Source: Verrucomicrobiia bacterium
GTDB taxonomy: Bacteria > Verrucomicrobiota > Verrucomicrobiia > Limisphaerales > UBA1319
Length of the DNA stretch: 64,000 bases
Reading direction: 5' to 3'
NCBI GenBank assembly: GCA_963664225.1
Contig: OY760937.1
Location: forward strand, 4,320,001 to 4,384,000
Shown: positions 1 to 9,271 of the stretch, piece by piece
Position numbering within the stretch: the first letter of the stretch is position 1
Layout: each line of letters starts with the position of its first letter
Position numbers and translations under genes: made by a program
Notes under the pieces: model-generated
What the model saw: the letters and a program-made list of their open reading frames with translations, nothing else
Told to the model about the DNA's origin: nothing
Database searches by the model: none

Positions 1-1
1 G

Positions 2-1621
2 GTGTTCACGGGCGCGTATGCCATCAACCCGGTGAACAACGAGCGGATTCCCATCTGGATTGCCGACTACGTGCTGGCCACCTATGGAACCGGAGCGATC
101 ATGGCCGTGCCCGCGCACGACAGCCGCGACCTGGAGTTTGCCCAAAAATTCAACCTGCCGGTGCGCATCGTCGTGCAGGCGCCTGATCCCGATAAATCGA
201 TCGGTTTCGTGGACGACGGCACAGCGGTCAATTCGGGTTTTCTCAATGGACTGCCGACGCCCCAGGCCACAAAGAAAATGATCGCCTGGCTCGAGGAGCA
301 CAAATGCGGTGCATTGCGTGTGAATTTCAAACTGCGCGACTGGCTTTTCAGCCGTCAACGCTACTGGGGCGAGCCGTTTCCCATTGTCTGGAAAAACGGC
401 GGGCACCAGGCACTCGATGAAAAGGCCCTGCCGTTAATGCCCCCGGTTCTGGACGATTACAAGCCGACCACGGATGGTCAGCCACCGCTGGCGCGCGCGA
501 CGGATTGGGTGAAGCTGCCGGATGGCGCCGTGCGGGAAACCAATACCATGCCGCAATGGGCGGGCAGTTGCTGGTATTATCTGCGTTATCTGGATGCCAC
601 CAATGCGACGGCATTCTGCGGGACGGAGGCGGAACGCTACTGGATGGGCACCAATTCCAACCCCAAGGCCAGCGCCGCAGTGATGGTCACGCCTGGAGTG
701 GATTTGTATGTGGGCGGCACGGAGCACGCCGTGTTGCATCTGCTTTACGCGCGTTTCTGGCACAAGGTGTTGTTCGATTGCGGATTGGTCTCCACACCGG
801 AACCGTTTTTCAAGCTGGTCAACCAGGGTTTGATCCTGGGCGAGGACGGCCAGAAGATGTCCAAGTCCCGTGGAAACGTCATCAACCCGGATGTGGTCGT
901 CGAGGAATTCGGCGCGGACGCCTTCCGGTTGTACGAGATGTTCATGGGACCGTTGGAGATGGTCAAACCCTGGAGCACGCGCGGTGTCAAAGGCGTGTAT
1001 GGATTCCTGGGACGCGTCTGGCGGCTTTTTGTGGACGAGGGGAGCGAACGGGATTTCGAGGAAGCCCAAACCCTGGGCGCGGCGAGCGATCCGACCATAC
1101 TTGAGAAACTCGAGCTCAGAACCGATATCCGGGACGTTCCGCCAAGCCCCGAGCAACTCAAGACGCTCCACATCTGCATCAAGAAAGTGACCGAGGACAT
1201 GGAGGCGCTGCGGTTCAATACGGCGATCTCCGCCCTGATGATGTTTGTGAACGAAGCGATTGCGTGGCCGGTGAAACCGCGCTCCACAATGCGCACCTTC
1301 CTGGTATTGCTCCAACCGCTGGCCCCGCACCTGGCCGAGGAACTCAACGCCCTGATGGCTGGAGATCTACAGCCCGGGACATTGGCCTACGAACCCTGGC
1401 CCAAATTCGATGCGGCCCTGATGGTGGAGGACGTGGTGGAAATACCGGTGCAGGTCAATGGCAAATTGCGGGGCCGCATCTCGGTACCCGCCAATGCGGA
1501 CAATGCGCAGATCGAAGCCGCCGCGCTGGCCAACGAGTCGGTCAAACCGTTCATCGATGGCAAGACCGTCAAGAAAGTGATCGTGGTTCCCAAAAAGATC
1601 GTGAATATTGCGGTGGCTTGA
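2..1621 (+). CDS. leuS: Leucyl-tRNA synthetase, 5'-truncated by the window
   Basis: YGTGAIMAVPAHD editing motif, LRDWLFSRQRYWGEP, GGTEHAVLHLLYARF, KMSKS, and C-terminal VQVNGKLRG. Confidence 0.97.
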   Translation: MFTGAYAINPVNNERIPIWIADYVLATYGTGAIMAVPAHDSRDLEFAQKFNLPVRIVVQAPDPDKSIGFVDDGTAVNSGFLNGLPTPQATKKMIAWLEEHKCGALRVNFKLRDWLFSRQRYWGEPFPIVWKNGGHQALDEKALPLMPPVLDDYKPTTDGQPPLARATDWVKLPDGAVRETNTMPQWAGSCWYYLRYLDATNATAFCGTEAERYWMGTNSNPKASAAVMVTPGVDLYVGGTEHAVLHLLYARFWHKVLFDCGLVSTPEPFFKLVNQGLILGEDGQKMSKSRGNVINPDVVVEEFGADAFRLYEMFMGPLEMVKPWSTRGVKGVYGFLGRVWRLFVDEGSERDFEEAQTLGAASDPTILEKLELRTDIRDVPPSPEQLKTLHICIKKVTEDMEALRFNTAISALMMFVNEAIAWPVKPRSTMRTFLVLLQPLAPHLAEELNALMAGDLQPGTLAYEPWPKFDAALMVEDVVEIPVQVNGKLRGRISVPANADNAQIEAAALANESVKPFIDGKTVKKVIVVPKKIVNIAVA

Positions 1622-1663
1622 GAATATCAAGCGTTTAGTATGGGCTCGGTCTGGGCCATTGAG

Positions 1664-1795
1664 ATGTCACATCTAACCAAACAAGAAGTATGGGTGCTGG
1701 TCACCGTGCTGTCCCTGCTGCTGTTGGGGTTGGCGGTCAAGACCTACCGCCTCTCTCATCCACCGACGCCCAGCGGAATCGTGGCCAAACCATAG
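1664..1795 (+). CDS. Small 43-aa single-TM protein (not in the ORF track)
   Basis: MSHLTKQEVWVLVTVLSLLLLGLAVKTYRLSHPPTPSGIVAKP*; its TAG (1793-1795) abuts the next ATG at 1796. Confidence 0.55.
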   Translation: MSHLTKQEVWVLVTVLSLLLLGLAVKTYRLSHPPTPSGIVAKP

Positions 1796-2218
1796 ATGCC
1801 CATGGAAGAACTCAATTTCAACGAAGTGCTGGATAAGATTGTGGCTGCGGATCCGCGTTACCGTCGTGAGGCCTACGACTTTGTGAGGGAGGCATTGGAT
1901 TTCACCCAGAAGGTTGTGGCCCAAAGTGCAAAAGGCGCAAAACGGCATGTCAAAGGCCAGGAATTGCTGGCAGGCATACGCGATTTCGCCCTGGCCCAAT
2001 ATGGCCCGATGGCCCTGACCGTTCTTGAGGAATGGGGCATCCGCCGCTGCGAGGATTTTGGCGAGATTGTTTTTAATCTCATCGAGATCGGCATTCTGAG
2101 CAAAACCCCCGAAGACAGCAGGGACGATTTCAAAGATGGCTACGATTTCATCAAGGCCTTCAAGGAACCATTTTTACCCAGGGTTAAAATAACGACCCCT
2201 TCGAAGGGCGCGGAGTAA
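1796..2218 (+). CDS. Minf_1886-type (Verrucomicrobia/Planctomycetes-restricted) protein
   Basis: DPRYRREAYDFV, RHVKGQELL, YGPMALTVLEEWGI, DFGEIVFNL pattern, recognised by eye. Confidence 0.8.
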   Translation: MPMEELNFNEVLDKIVAADPRYRREAYDFVREALDFTQKVVAQSAKGAKRHVKGQELLAGIRDFALAQYGPMALTVLEEWGIRRCEDFGEIVFNLIEIGILSKTPEDSRDDFKDGYDFIKAFKEPFLPRVKITTPSKGAE

Positions 2219-2236
2219 ATTTTCATCGGAGATCGT

Positions 2237-3505
2237 GTGCCAGTCATTGAAATCATCAACACGGGGACGGAGCTGTTGCTGGGGCGGGTGCTCAATACGC
2301 ACCATCAGTGGTTGTGCCGTCAATTAACCAGACTGGGCTACGAAATCAGCCGTCAGACGACGATTGCCGACACCGGGTTGGCGATCCAGCAAGCCGTTCG
2401 TGAATCGTTGGGGCGCGCGGAGGTGGTCATAGTCACCGGCGGATTGGGGCCGACTTCGGATGACCTGACGCGTGACTATATCGCAAAGCTTCTGGGGCTG
2501 TCGCTGCGCATGGATGATTCTGTTCTGGCGGCCATCGAGGGATTCTACAGGACGCTGGATCGTCCCATGCCGCCCACCACGCGTGTGCAGGCCATGGTCC
2601 CGGAAGGGGCGCTTGTGCTGGCCAACGACGCTGGGACTGCGCCAGGCCTGGCCATCGATGTGGCCTCCGGGATGTTTCGTTCGGAGCCGCGCCCGTCCTT
2701 GTTGATTTTGCTGCCCGGGCCGCCGCGCGAATTGTATCCCATGTTCACCGGGAAGGCCCTTCCCGTGATTCTGAAAAAATACCCCCTGTGCGCGCCGTTT
2801 CATTCAGTGACGCTCAAAACGGCTTGCATGGGCGAATCGGCCATCGAAGAGCTGCTGGGACAGAGCCTTGATGGATTGGTCGCGCAGGGTTTGGAAGTGG
2901 GCTATTGCGCCAGAATCGGCGAGGTGGAAGTGCGTTTGGGGGCAGGTGGTTCTGAGGCCACAGCCTTGGTGGACCGCGCGGTGGAAATCGTTCGTGGAGA
3001 ATTACCGCCCTGCATATTTGGAACCGGCGACGACCGTTTGGAGGAAGTGGTGGTTCGGCTGTTGACAGAACGCAAGCAAACGCTCGCCACAGCAGAATCC
3101 TGCACAGGCGGACTGGTGAGCCACCGGATTACGAATGTCCCCGGTGCTTCCGCAGTGCTGATGTGCGGTTTGGTGACTTACAGTAACGAGTCCAAGGTGC
3201 GGTTATTGGGGGTTCCGTCAGAAACCATCGAAGCGCATGGCGCGGTGAGCGAAGCGACCGCGCGGGCGATGGCGGAGGGTGCGCGTCAGCATTACGGTGT
3301 GGATTATTCCGTGGCGGTGACGGGCATCGCGGGTCCGGGTGGCGGTTCCGTGGAGAAACCCGTGGGCACGGTGTTTATTGCGGTTGGTTCCGCCAGCGGC
3401 ACGACGGTCTGGCATCGGATGAACCGCTGGGACCGTGAGACTTTCAAACAAGCCGCCTCGCAGCAGGCGTTGGAGCTCCTGAGACAGACGCTTTTGCGGC
3501 ATTAA
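2237..3505 (+). CDS. cinA: Competence/damage-inducible protein CinA (MoCF domain + NMN deamidase PncC)
   Basis: GTELLLGRVLNT, TGGLGPTSDDLTR, AESCTGG, GAVSE, TGIAGPGGG, KPVGTV. Confidence 0.93.
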   Translation: MPVIEIINTGTELLLGRVLNTHHQWLCRQLTRLGYEISRQTTIADTGLAIQQAVRESLGRAEVVIVTGGLGPTSDDLTRDYIAKLLGLSLRMDDSVLAAIEGFYRTLDRPMPPTTRVQAMVPEGALVLANDAGTAPGLAIDVASGMFRSEPRPSLLILLPGPPRELYPMFTGKALPVILKKYPLCAPFHSVTLKTACMGESAIEELLGQSLDGLVAQGLEVGYCARIGEVEVRLGAGGSEATALVDRAVEIVRGELPPCIFGTGDDRLEEVVVRLLTERKQTLATAESCTGGLVSHRITNVPGASAVLMCGLVTYSNESKVRLLGVPSETIEAHGAVSEATARAMAEGARQHYGVDYSVAVTGIAGPGGGSVEKPVGTVFIAVGSASGTTVWHRMNRWDRETFKQAASQQALELLRQTLLRH

Positions 3506-3563
3506 AAATCCGGGAAATTACTGGACCCAAAAGCGCAGTCTGGACTATTACTGAGTCACAGAC

Positions 3564-4982
3564 ATGAACACAGAAGCGCTTTACCAGGAACGCCTCAACC
3601 GGTATCTCACGGCCATGAGGAACGAAAAGCCGGATCGCATTCCCATCCGCCCATTCGTCGCCGAGTTTACAGCCAAATACGCGGGGTATTCCTGCCAGGA
3701 GGTTGTTCATGATTATGAAAAGGCCTTTTCGGCGGCGCGTAAATGCGCGGCGGATTACGATTGGGATGCCGTGGTTTCCAACATGGTGTATGTGTGGACC
3801 GGCCTTTCGCAGGCCATTGGCCTTCGCTATTATGGAATTCCGGGCATCGGTGTGCCGCCCAACATGGGATTCCAATACATCGAACCGCCCGAGGACAAGG
3901 CGTTCATGCGACCCGACGAGTATGATCATCTGATCGACGATCCCACCGATTTTCTCTTCAACGTCTGGCTGCCCCGTGTTTCCACGGAGGTCTGCGGCAT
4001 TGGCGAGCCCTCCACCTACCGCAACAACCTGTCGTTCCTCAAAGGCGGCATGGCGATGATGTCCTATTTCAACGCCTTTGGCCGGCAGAATGCCTTGTTG
4101 CGTTCAGAGTCGGGAACGGTTTCTGCAATTGCGGGAATCTTCAAGGCGCCCTTTGACATTATCGCGGACAAGATGCGCGGGTATGTGGGGTTGACGATGG
4201 ATATGTTCGAGCGGCCCGAAAAGGTTCTCGCCGCCTGCGAGGCGCTCATGCCCCATTTGTTGAATGTGGCCATGACGAGCGCTGATCCCGCCAGACAGGT
4301 GCCGATTGGTTACTGGATGCACCGGGGCTGTGTTCCCTTCGTTTCGCGCAAGACTTTCGACACGCATTACTGGCCAACGGTCAAGCCGATCATCGAGGAG
4401 CTTTGGAAGAACGGTCATCAAACCCTTTTCTATTCTGAAGGTGACTGGACGTCGCATCTGGACAGCTTCGCCGAATTGCCGGATTGCAGCATTGTGTATC
4501 ATGTGGACCGGGGAGATATCTTCAAAACCCACCAAAAGCTCGGTCACAAGTTCTGCCTGAGCGGCGGAATTCCCAACATGTTGTTAAGTTACGGGAAACC
4601 GGACGAGGTGCGCGATTACTGCAGGAAGGTCATCGACGGCGTGGCCGCGGACGGAGGCTACATCATGGACGCATCGGCAATCATGCAGAATGACACCAGC
4701 ATTGAAAACCTGCGCGCGATGACAGAATTCACCCGCGAATACGGGGTGTATTCGGACGGACGCTCGCGATCGTTGGCGCCTGCACCGACCACGCTTCCAC
4801 AGGGGATTGGTATGCCCCACACGGCGAACACGAAGAAGCAGCCCGGCGTCTGTATGCCCTGGGAGGAAAAGTGCAGGGAACTGCCCGAGATCACGGGTGA
4901 CCGGGAATTGATGCGGCGCATCTGGCAGGACATCGACAGCCTGGGCAATATGTATATCTGGCAGGTCTTGCTGAGTTTTTGA
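3564..4982 (+). CDS. Uroporphyrinogen decarboxylase / MtaA-like family protein
   Basis: N-terminal KPDRIP, PEKVLAACE, CLSGGIP, GKPDEVRDYCRKVID and GGYIMD, typical of the URO-D TIM barrel. Confidence 0.8.
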   Translation: MNTEALYQERLNRYLTAMRNEKPDRIPIRPFVAEFTAKYAGYSCQEVVHDYEKAFSAARKCAADYDWDAVVSNMVYVWTGLSQAIGLRYYGIPGIGVPPNMGFQYIEPPEDKAFMRPDEYDHLIDDPTDFLFNVWLPRVSTEVCGIGEPSTYRNNLSFLKGGMAMMSYFNAFGRQNALLRSESGTVSAIAGIFKAPFDIIADKMRGYVGLTMDMFERPEKVLAACEALMPHLLNVAMTSADPARQVPIGYWMHRGCVPFVSRKTFDTHYWPTVKPIIEELWKNGHQTLFYSEGDWTSHLDSFAELPDCSIVYHVDRGDIFKTHQKLGHKFCLSGGIPNMLLSYGKPDEVRDYCRKVIDGVAADGGYIMDASAIMQNDTSIENLRAMTEFTREYGVYSDGRSRSLAPAPTTLPQGIGMPHTANTKKQPGVCMPWEEKCRELPEITGDRELMRRIWQDIDSLGNMYIWQVLLSF

Positions 4983-5107
4983 GGGACTGATGCGGTTATT
5001 GGAGAGGGCGAACGACGCAACTGTGTGTGTGCACAATGTCGCGCCTGTCGTGCGGTAACTGGCGCCTGATGGTTCCGGCGAAGCGGGATCAGCCGGTTTC
5101 GACCACG

Positions 5108-5539
5108 TCAGAATCCAAGCTCCACTTTCAGCGCAACCAACGACACGTTCAGGTCCTGGAGAAAGTACAACAACGAAGCTATCAGGGAAACCAGGCACGC
5201 CACGAATAAAACCGCTGCAAGGGTTACAACCTCCACCCGCAAAAATGCGGCGAGAAACAAGGCGATCACAAGGAGCGCAGCCATGAGGACGCTCACGGCG
5301 GCAAAAGCCACCGCTGCCCGAAGCAATCGCGCGCGCCGGAAAAGGATATGGAGCTGAGATTCCATGCGAGCCCGCTCAGGCTCAGGCGCCTCACGCAGCG
5401 CCGCACCCATCTGACGGGACCGGTCCACCACTCTGCCAAAGCGATTGGTGATCGACAGAATCAACAATCCGACACCAGAAATGAGGATCACTGGACTGAC
5501 GGCCGCCTGTAGAATCGATAGTAATTCAGCAAATCGCAT
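5108..5539 (-). CDS. DUF2721-like membrane protein
   Basis: LQAAVSPVILISGVGLLILSITNRFGRVVDRSR; three hydrophobic segments; start placed at MRFAELL. Confidence 0.8.
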   Translation of the reverse strand: MRFAELLSILQAAVSPVILISGVGLLILSITNRFGRVVDRSRQMGAALREAPEPERARMESQLHILFRRARLLRAAVAFAAVSVLMAALLVIALFLAAFLRVEVVTLAAVLFVACLVSLIASLLYFLQDLNVSLVALKVELGF

Positions 5540-5893
5540 ATAGAAAAGCCTGCCGGGCACCCTGCCGCCCATTTTGCCAACACAAAGCACTGACCCAGCT
5601 TATACAATACACGGGTTGCCTGAATATTTCCAGTTGAACCCGAAATCCGAAATAAGAAATACGAATGGTCAAGACGATGCAATGCTTTGAGACAGCCATG
5701 ATTTGCAATCGGCGAAGGTGTATTAAACCAATACTCCACAGCCGGTTTCAAACCATGGATGGCCAAATGATTGCGTCAGATGGGCCGTTCCTATTTCGGG
5801 TTGAAGGCACGTCGTCCCGGATTTGCCGCGTCGCCAGCGAAAGCCATTGACTTGAGCGGGTGCTGCCAATATCAATTTGAAAAACCCTGAGCT

Positions 5894-6910
5894 ATGATCA
5901 TTGTCGAATCCTATCCTATTGCTGTGGCGATGTGCGTCATTACCATGTTGTGCTGGGGTTCCTGGGCCAATACCCAGAAACTGGCCACGAAGGAATGGCG
6001 ATTTCAATTGTTTTACTGGGACTATGCCATCGGCGTGTTTTTGCTGTCGCTGATCCTGGCCTTTACGATGGGCAGCACGGGCGCGGGAGGGCGGGGATTT
6101 CTGGCGGATTTGCAGCAGGCCGATATCCATTGGTTGGGATCGGCATTCCTGGGCGGGGTGATCTTCAATCTGTCGAACATTCTTCTGGTGGCCGCCATTG
6201 ATATTGCGGGAATGGCCGTGGCTTTTCCGGTGGGGGTGGGGTTGGCGCTGGCGCTGGGGGTGATCACGACTTATGTGGCCAAACCCGAGGGCAATTCAAC
6301 CATGCTGGCGGCGGGTGTGGCGGCGGTGGCCGTTGCCATTGTTCTGGACGCGCTGGCTTATAAGAAGCTTGCCTCCGGCAGTCAAAAGACGCCGTTTAAA
6401 GGCATCGCACTGTCGGTCGTGGCGGGCGTTCTCATGGGTTTCTTCTATAGTTTTGTGGCCAATTCGATGGGGAAGTTGACGCCGAATGGCGGTGCAATGC
6501 TGTTGGAAGCCCACAAGCTGAGTCCTTATACGGCGATCGTCGTGTTTTCAACCGGATTGCTCCTCTCGAATGTTCTGTGGAACAGCCTGGTGATGGTAAA
6601 ACCGTTCTCGGGGCCGCCGGTACCTTTCGGTGACTATTTTTCAAAGGGCAGCCTTCGCCTCCACGCGATTGGAATTCTGGGTGGCATGATTTGGAACCTG
6701 GGCATGTCCTTTAGCATCATCGCCTCCACAGCGGCGGGCGCGGCGCTTTCCTACGGGCTGGGGCAGGGGGCGACCATGATCGGAGCCTTCTGGGGAGTCT
6801 TCATTTGGAAGGAATTCAAGGGCGCGCCTGCGGGCACGAACAAGCTCCTCGGCGCCATGTTTGTGTTTTACCTGGTGGGTCTTGCCATTTTGATCAGCTC
6901 GAAGTTGTGA
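5894..6910 (+). CDS. GRP/ureide-permease-like DMT sugar transporter, probably ribose uptake
   Basis: [36 protein letters not shown]; about 10 TM segments; directly upstream of ribokinase. Confidence 0.85.
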   Translation: MIIVESYPIAVAMCVITMLCWGSWANTQKLATKEWRFQLFYWDYAIGVFLLSLILAFTMGSTGAGGRGFLADLQQADIHWLGSAFLGGVIFNLSNILLVAAIDIAGMAVAFPVGVGLALALGVITTYVAKPEGNSTMLAAGVAAVAVAIVLDALAYKKLASGSQKTPFKGIALSVVAGVLMGFFYSFVANSMGKLTPNGGAMLLEAHKLSPYTAIVVFSTGLLLSNVLWNSLVMVKPFSGPPVPFGDYFSKGSLRLHAIGILGGMIWNLGMSFSIIASTAAGAALSYGLGQGATMIGAFWGVFIWKEFKGAPAGTNKLLGAMFVFYLVGLAILISSKL

Positions 6911-6951
6911 TCCGTCCAAAAGTGTCTAAAGATTCGAACATCGCATTGCGT

Positions 6952-7869
6952 ATGGCTAACAAACAAATCGTCGTCGTCGGCAGTTCCAACACGGACATGA
7001 TCATCAAGCTGGATCGCATACCGCGACCCGGCGAAACGATTCTGGGCGGCGAATTTGTCATGGCCGCCGGAGGCAAGGGCGCGAACCAGGCGGTCGCGGC
7101 GGCACGGGCGGGCGGTGCGGTTACGCTCGTGGCCAAGGTGGGCGGAGACGTTTTTGGCGCGCAAGCCGTGGAAGGGTTTAAGAAGGACAAGATCGACGTC
7201 CAATACGTGTTCAAAGACAGGCAGGCCCCCTCGGGTGTGGCTTTGATCTTTGTGGCCAAAGACGGCGAAAACAGCATTGCGGTGGCCTCCGGTTCCAACG
7301 GGCGGTTAATGCCCGGAGACTTGAAGAAGGCCAAAGCCGCGATTTCCAGCGCGTCCACATTGGTGATGCAATTGGAAACGCCGTTGGAGACAGTTCGCAC
7401 CGCCGCGGAAATCGCCGCGAAGAAAGGTGTGCGTGTGATCTTGAATCCCGCACCCGCGCGGAAACTCGATGACGCCCTTTTAAAGTTAATCACCATCATC
7501 ACCCCCAACGAGACCGAGGCCGAACTGCTCACTGGCATTCCTGTCAAAGATGAGGCGGGGGCGTCCAAAGCCGCCGCTGCGCTTCTGGCCAAAGGGGTGC
7601 AAACGGTCATCATCACGCTGGGAGCGCGTGGCGCTTTTGTCGCTTCCAGCGAGTTCTATCAGATGGTGACGGGATTCAAGGTCAAACCCGTGGATACCAC
7701 CGCGGCAGGCGATGTCTTTAACGGCGCGCTCGCTGTGGCCCTGACCCAAGGGATGCCGATGCTCGAAGCAGTGCGCTTTGCCAATGCCGCCGGGGCGTTA
7801 TCCACCACCAAATTGGGCGCGCAACCCTCGGCGCCCAAGCGTGGCGAGATTCTCAAAATGCTGAAGTGA
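6952..7869 (+). CDS. rbsK: Ribokinase
   Basis: [47 protein letters not shown] (PfkB signatures); start at MANKQ. Confidence 0.95.
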   Translation: MANKQIVVVGSSNTDMIIKLDRIPRPGETILGGEFVMAAGGKGANQAVAAARAGGAVTLVAKVGGDVFGAQAVEGFKKDKIDVQYVFKDRQAPSGVALIFVAKDGENSIAVASGSNGRLMPGDLKKAKAAISSASTLVMQLETPLETVRTAAEIAAKKGVRVILNPAPARKLDDALLKLITIITPNETEAELLTGIPVKDEAGASKAAAALLAKGVQTVIITLGARGAFVASSEFYQMVTGFKVKPVDTTAAGDVFNGALAVALTQGMPMLEAVRFANAAGALSTTKLGAQPSAPKRGEILKMLK

Positions 7870-7877
7870 TCGCCGTT

Positions 7878-9203
7878 TCAAACCCGGCGTTGTTTGACGG
7901 GTTTGTCGATCAAGTCGTGCAACACGGTTCCGAGCCGGGCGATGCCTCGGCGTATTTCCATGTCCGAGGCGCTTCCGAAGCTGATGCGCATTTCCGTGTC
8001 CGGGATGCGCCGCGTGGTGTCTTCCGCATAACATAACCGGCCGGGAATATAGAGCACATCCTGTTTTAATGCGGACTGGAACAACCGGCTTTCAGGCCCT
8101 GAAACCAATGGTTTTGGCAGGTTGGCCCAAATGTAGAGGCCGCCGCGCGGTTCCTGCCATTGCACTGTCGCCGGAAAAGTTTTGCGGATGGCCTCCACCA
8201 TGATCTGCGCCTTGGCCTCATAACGGCGGCGCAACACGACGAGGTGCTTTTCATACCGGCCCGAGGCAATTGCGCCGGCCAGGATCTGCTGAATGAGACT
8301 GGCAGTGCCGAAATCATGGTTGCCTTTGAGACGGTTCACCACGGTGAACAGCGGTTCGGGCAGCAGCCCGTAACCCGCGCGCACGCCGGTTGAAAATGGC
8401 TTGCTGAAGGTGCCGGTGTAGATGACGCGTTTGTTCAACTCCGGCACGGCAAGCGCCGAGGCGTCGTCCTTGCCCGCAAACCGCAGTTCCCGGTAAGCCG
8501 CGTCTTCCACAAGATAGATGGGGTGGCCTGCCGCGCGTTCGTAACTCCGCAGAAGTTTCAGTGCGGCGACCTTGGTGCGGAACGGGGTGGAGATGCCGGT
8601 CGGGTTTTGAAAATAGCTGATCGTGTAGAGAAATTTAACCCGGGACAGTTCGCCGGAATTTTTGAGCGATTCGAGCACCGACTTCAACTGGTCGAGGTCC
8701 AGACCTTCGGGCGTCATGCGAACTCCGCGGCAGCGCAATCCATGGGTTTGCACAATGCCGAGATAAACGAAATAAGTTGGATCCTCGACAAGGATGATGT
8801 CGCCTGGATTGCAGAGAGCCTCCGTCACCAGGTAGAGGAATTGCTGGGAGCCGTTGGTGATGATCGCCTGATCCGCCGAATAGCGTGTTTTGGCGGCGGA
8901 TCCCGTCTTGATTTTGGTGCCAGTCGCGGCGGCATCGGCCTGTGCGAGGCGTTCGATGGCGGCCTCGCGCAATTCCGGCAGACCGGCGGTGAATCCATAT
9001 TGCAGCGCGGAACGGGACTGGCGCCCGTTCTCGAGGCGTTCCCGAACAATTTCGATCACCTCGCGCGCAGGCAGTGTTTCATTGTCTGTAAAACCCGCCG
9101 CCAGGGAAATGAGCTGCGGCCGCTGCAAGGCCAGGCGCATTAACCATTCGATGGGCGGCGCATCGCAGCGCGCACCCAGCTCTGACAAACCCGATTTATT
9201 CAT
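7878..9203 (-). CDS. PLP-dependent class I aminotransferase (2-aminoadipate/MocR-like)
   Basis: ALQYG, ITNGSQQ, VEDPTY, FQNPTG, EDAAY, GTFSK, GGLYIW. Confidence 0.88.
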   Translation of the reverse strand: MNKSGLSELGARCDAPPIEWLMRLALQRPQLISLAAGFTDNETLPAREVIEIVRERLENGRQSRSALQYGFTAGLPELREAAIERLAQADAAATGTKIKTGSAAKTRYSADQAIITNGSQQFLYLVTEALCNPGDIILVEDPTYFVYLGIVQTHGLRCRGVRMTPEGLDLDQLKSVLESLKNSGELSRVKFLYTISYFQNPTGISTPFRTKVAALKLLRSYERAAGHPIYLVEDAAYRELRFAGKDDASALAVPELNKRVIYTGTFSKPFSTGVRAGYGLLPEPLFTVVNRLKGNHDFGTASLIQQILAGAIASGRYEKHLVVLRRRYEAKAQIMVEAIRKTFPATVQWQEPRGGLYIWANLPKPLVSGPESRLFQSALKQDVLYIPGRLCYAEDTTRRIPDTEMRISFGSASDMEIRRGIARLGTVLHDLIDKPVKQRRV

Positions 9204-9271
9204 GTCCGGACACCACTAAAGCCTTCCGGCGCGGGTCTGTCGAGCACGGGAAGGATGCCCGGGAGTTCCGC

